DNA of 64,000 bases from Raillietiella orientalis (taxonomy: Eukaryota). The notes under the pieces are model-generated. The model was not told the origin of the DNA and did no database searches. It worked only from the letters and a program-made list of their open reading frames with translations. Each line of letters opens with the position of its first letter. Position 1 is the stretch's first letter. Both the position numbers and the translations under genes were made by a program. Of this stretch, positions 63,601-64,000 are shown in pieces. Location: assembly GCA_036172245.1 (NCBI GenBank), contig JAYWIR010000033.1, positions 1,426,001 through 1,490,000 of the forward strand, in the 5' to 3' direction.

Positions 63601-64000
63601 GCTTCCTTTTCAGGGGGATGCGAGGGAGGGGGGAGGACCCTTGCGATGACCTCTCGTCGCGCCACTTCCCACCCACGCGCGCGCGCTCTCGCGGCCAGGA
63701 ATTTCCCACGGAATTTTCACGCACCTCGCGTCCTCCTCCGCGGAGGCTTCATCGCGATTCTTAGACAAAAAAAAAAGGGCGTCTCTCTACCAGTGACCAC
63801 TCGGCCGATGCGAACGAGGGGTGCCCTCCGGGCACGGCTGTGCAGCGAAATTCAAACGGACCAATAGGATAACTCGAGCCCGGACTGGCGGCCAATCGGG
63901 GGAGAGGAGACTCCTGCCCCGTGAGGCTGAGTCCCAGTTGACCAGGAGTCCGGGCCAAGCAGCAGCCCGGGGGAAGGGCTGGGTTGCCCTCCTTCCTCCT

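Noticed and set aside
61757..63914. aggagactcc repeated near 61757 and 63905 as a TSD for copy D
   Set aside because: Only 10 bp in GC-rich DNA, and inconsistent with the ORF2 continuity of copy C across D.

Overview
This is eukaryotic, probably arthropod, genomic DNA. Bases 1131-40059 (+) hold a neurobeachin/rugose/LRBA-family BEACH gene. I reconstructed 44 exons by hand, all phase-consistent (7689 nt, about 2562 aa); its 5' end is unresolved. An intronless mab-21 gene (23967-25064, minus) is nested in its 13.6-kb PH-domain intron, which is the known Mab21-in-Nbea/Lrba arrangement. Less expected features: (1) an inverted, 125-nt, 5-mismatch copy of one neurobeachin exon sits 3.4 kb upstream in the same pre-mRNA and places C opposite two exonic As, like an ADAR editing-complementary or splicing-control hairpin; (2) composition switches sharply inside this one gene, from AT-rich and CpG-poor to GC- and CpG-rich; (3) there is a GC-AG intron, an in-frame tandem donor and a possible 39-nt cassette exon. 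Downstream (40-64 kb) I recognise no host gene. That region has four degenerate L1/Tx1-like non-LTR retrotransposon copies sharing an ungapped 25-nt 3'-terminal stem-loop motif (one copy with a 19-bp TSD, one nested in another), two minisatellites and candidate enhancers. All coordinates and counts are hand-derived; no database searches were run.
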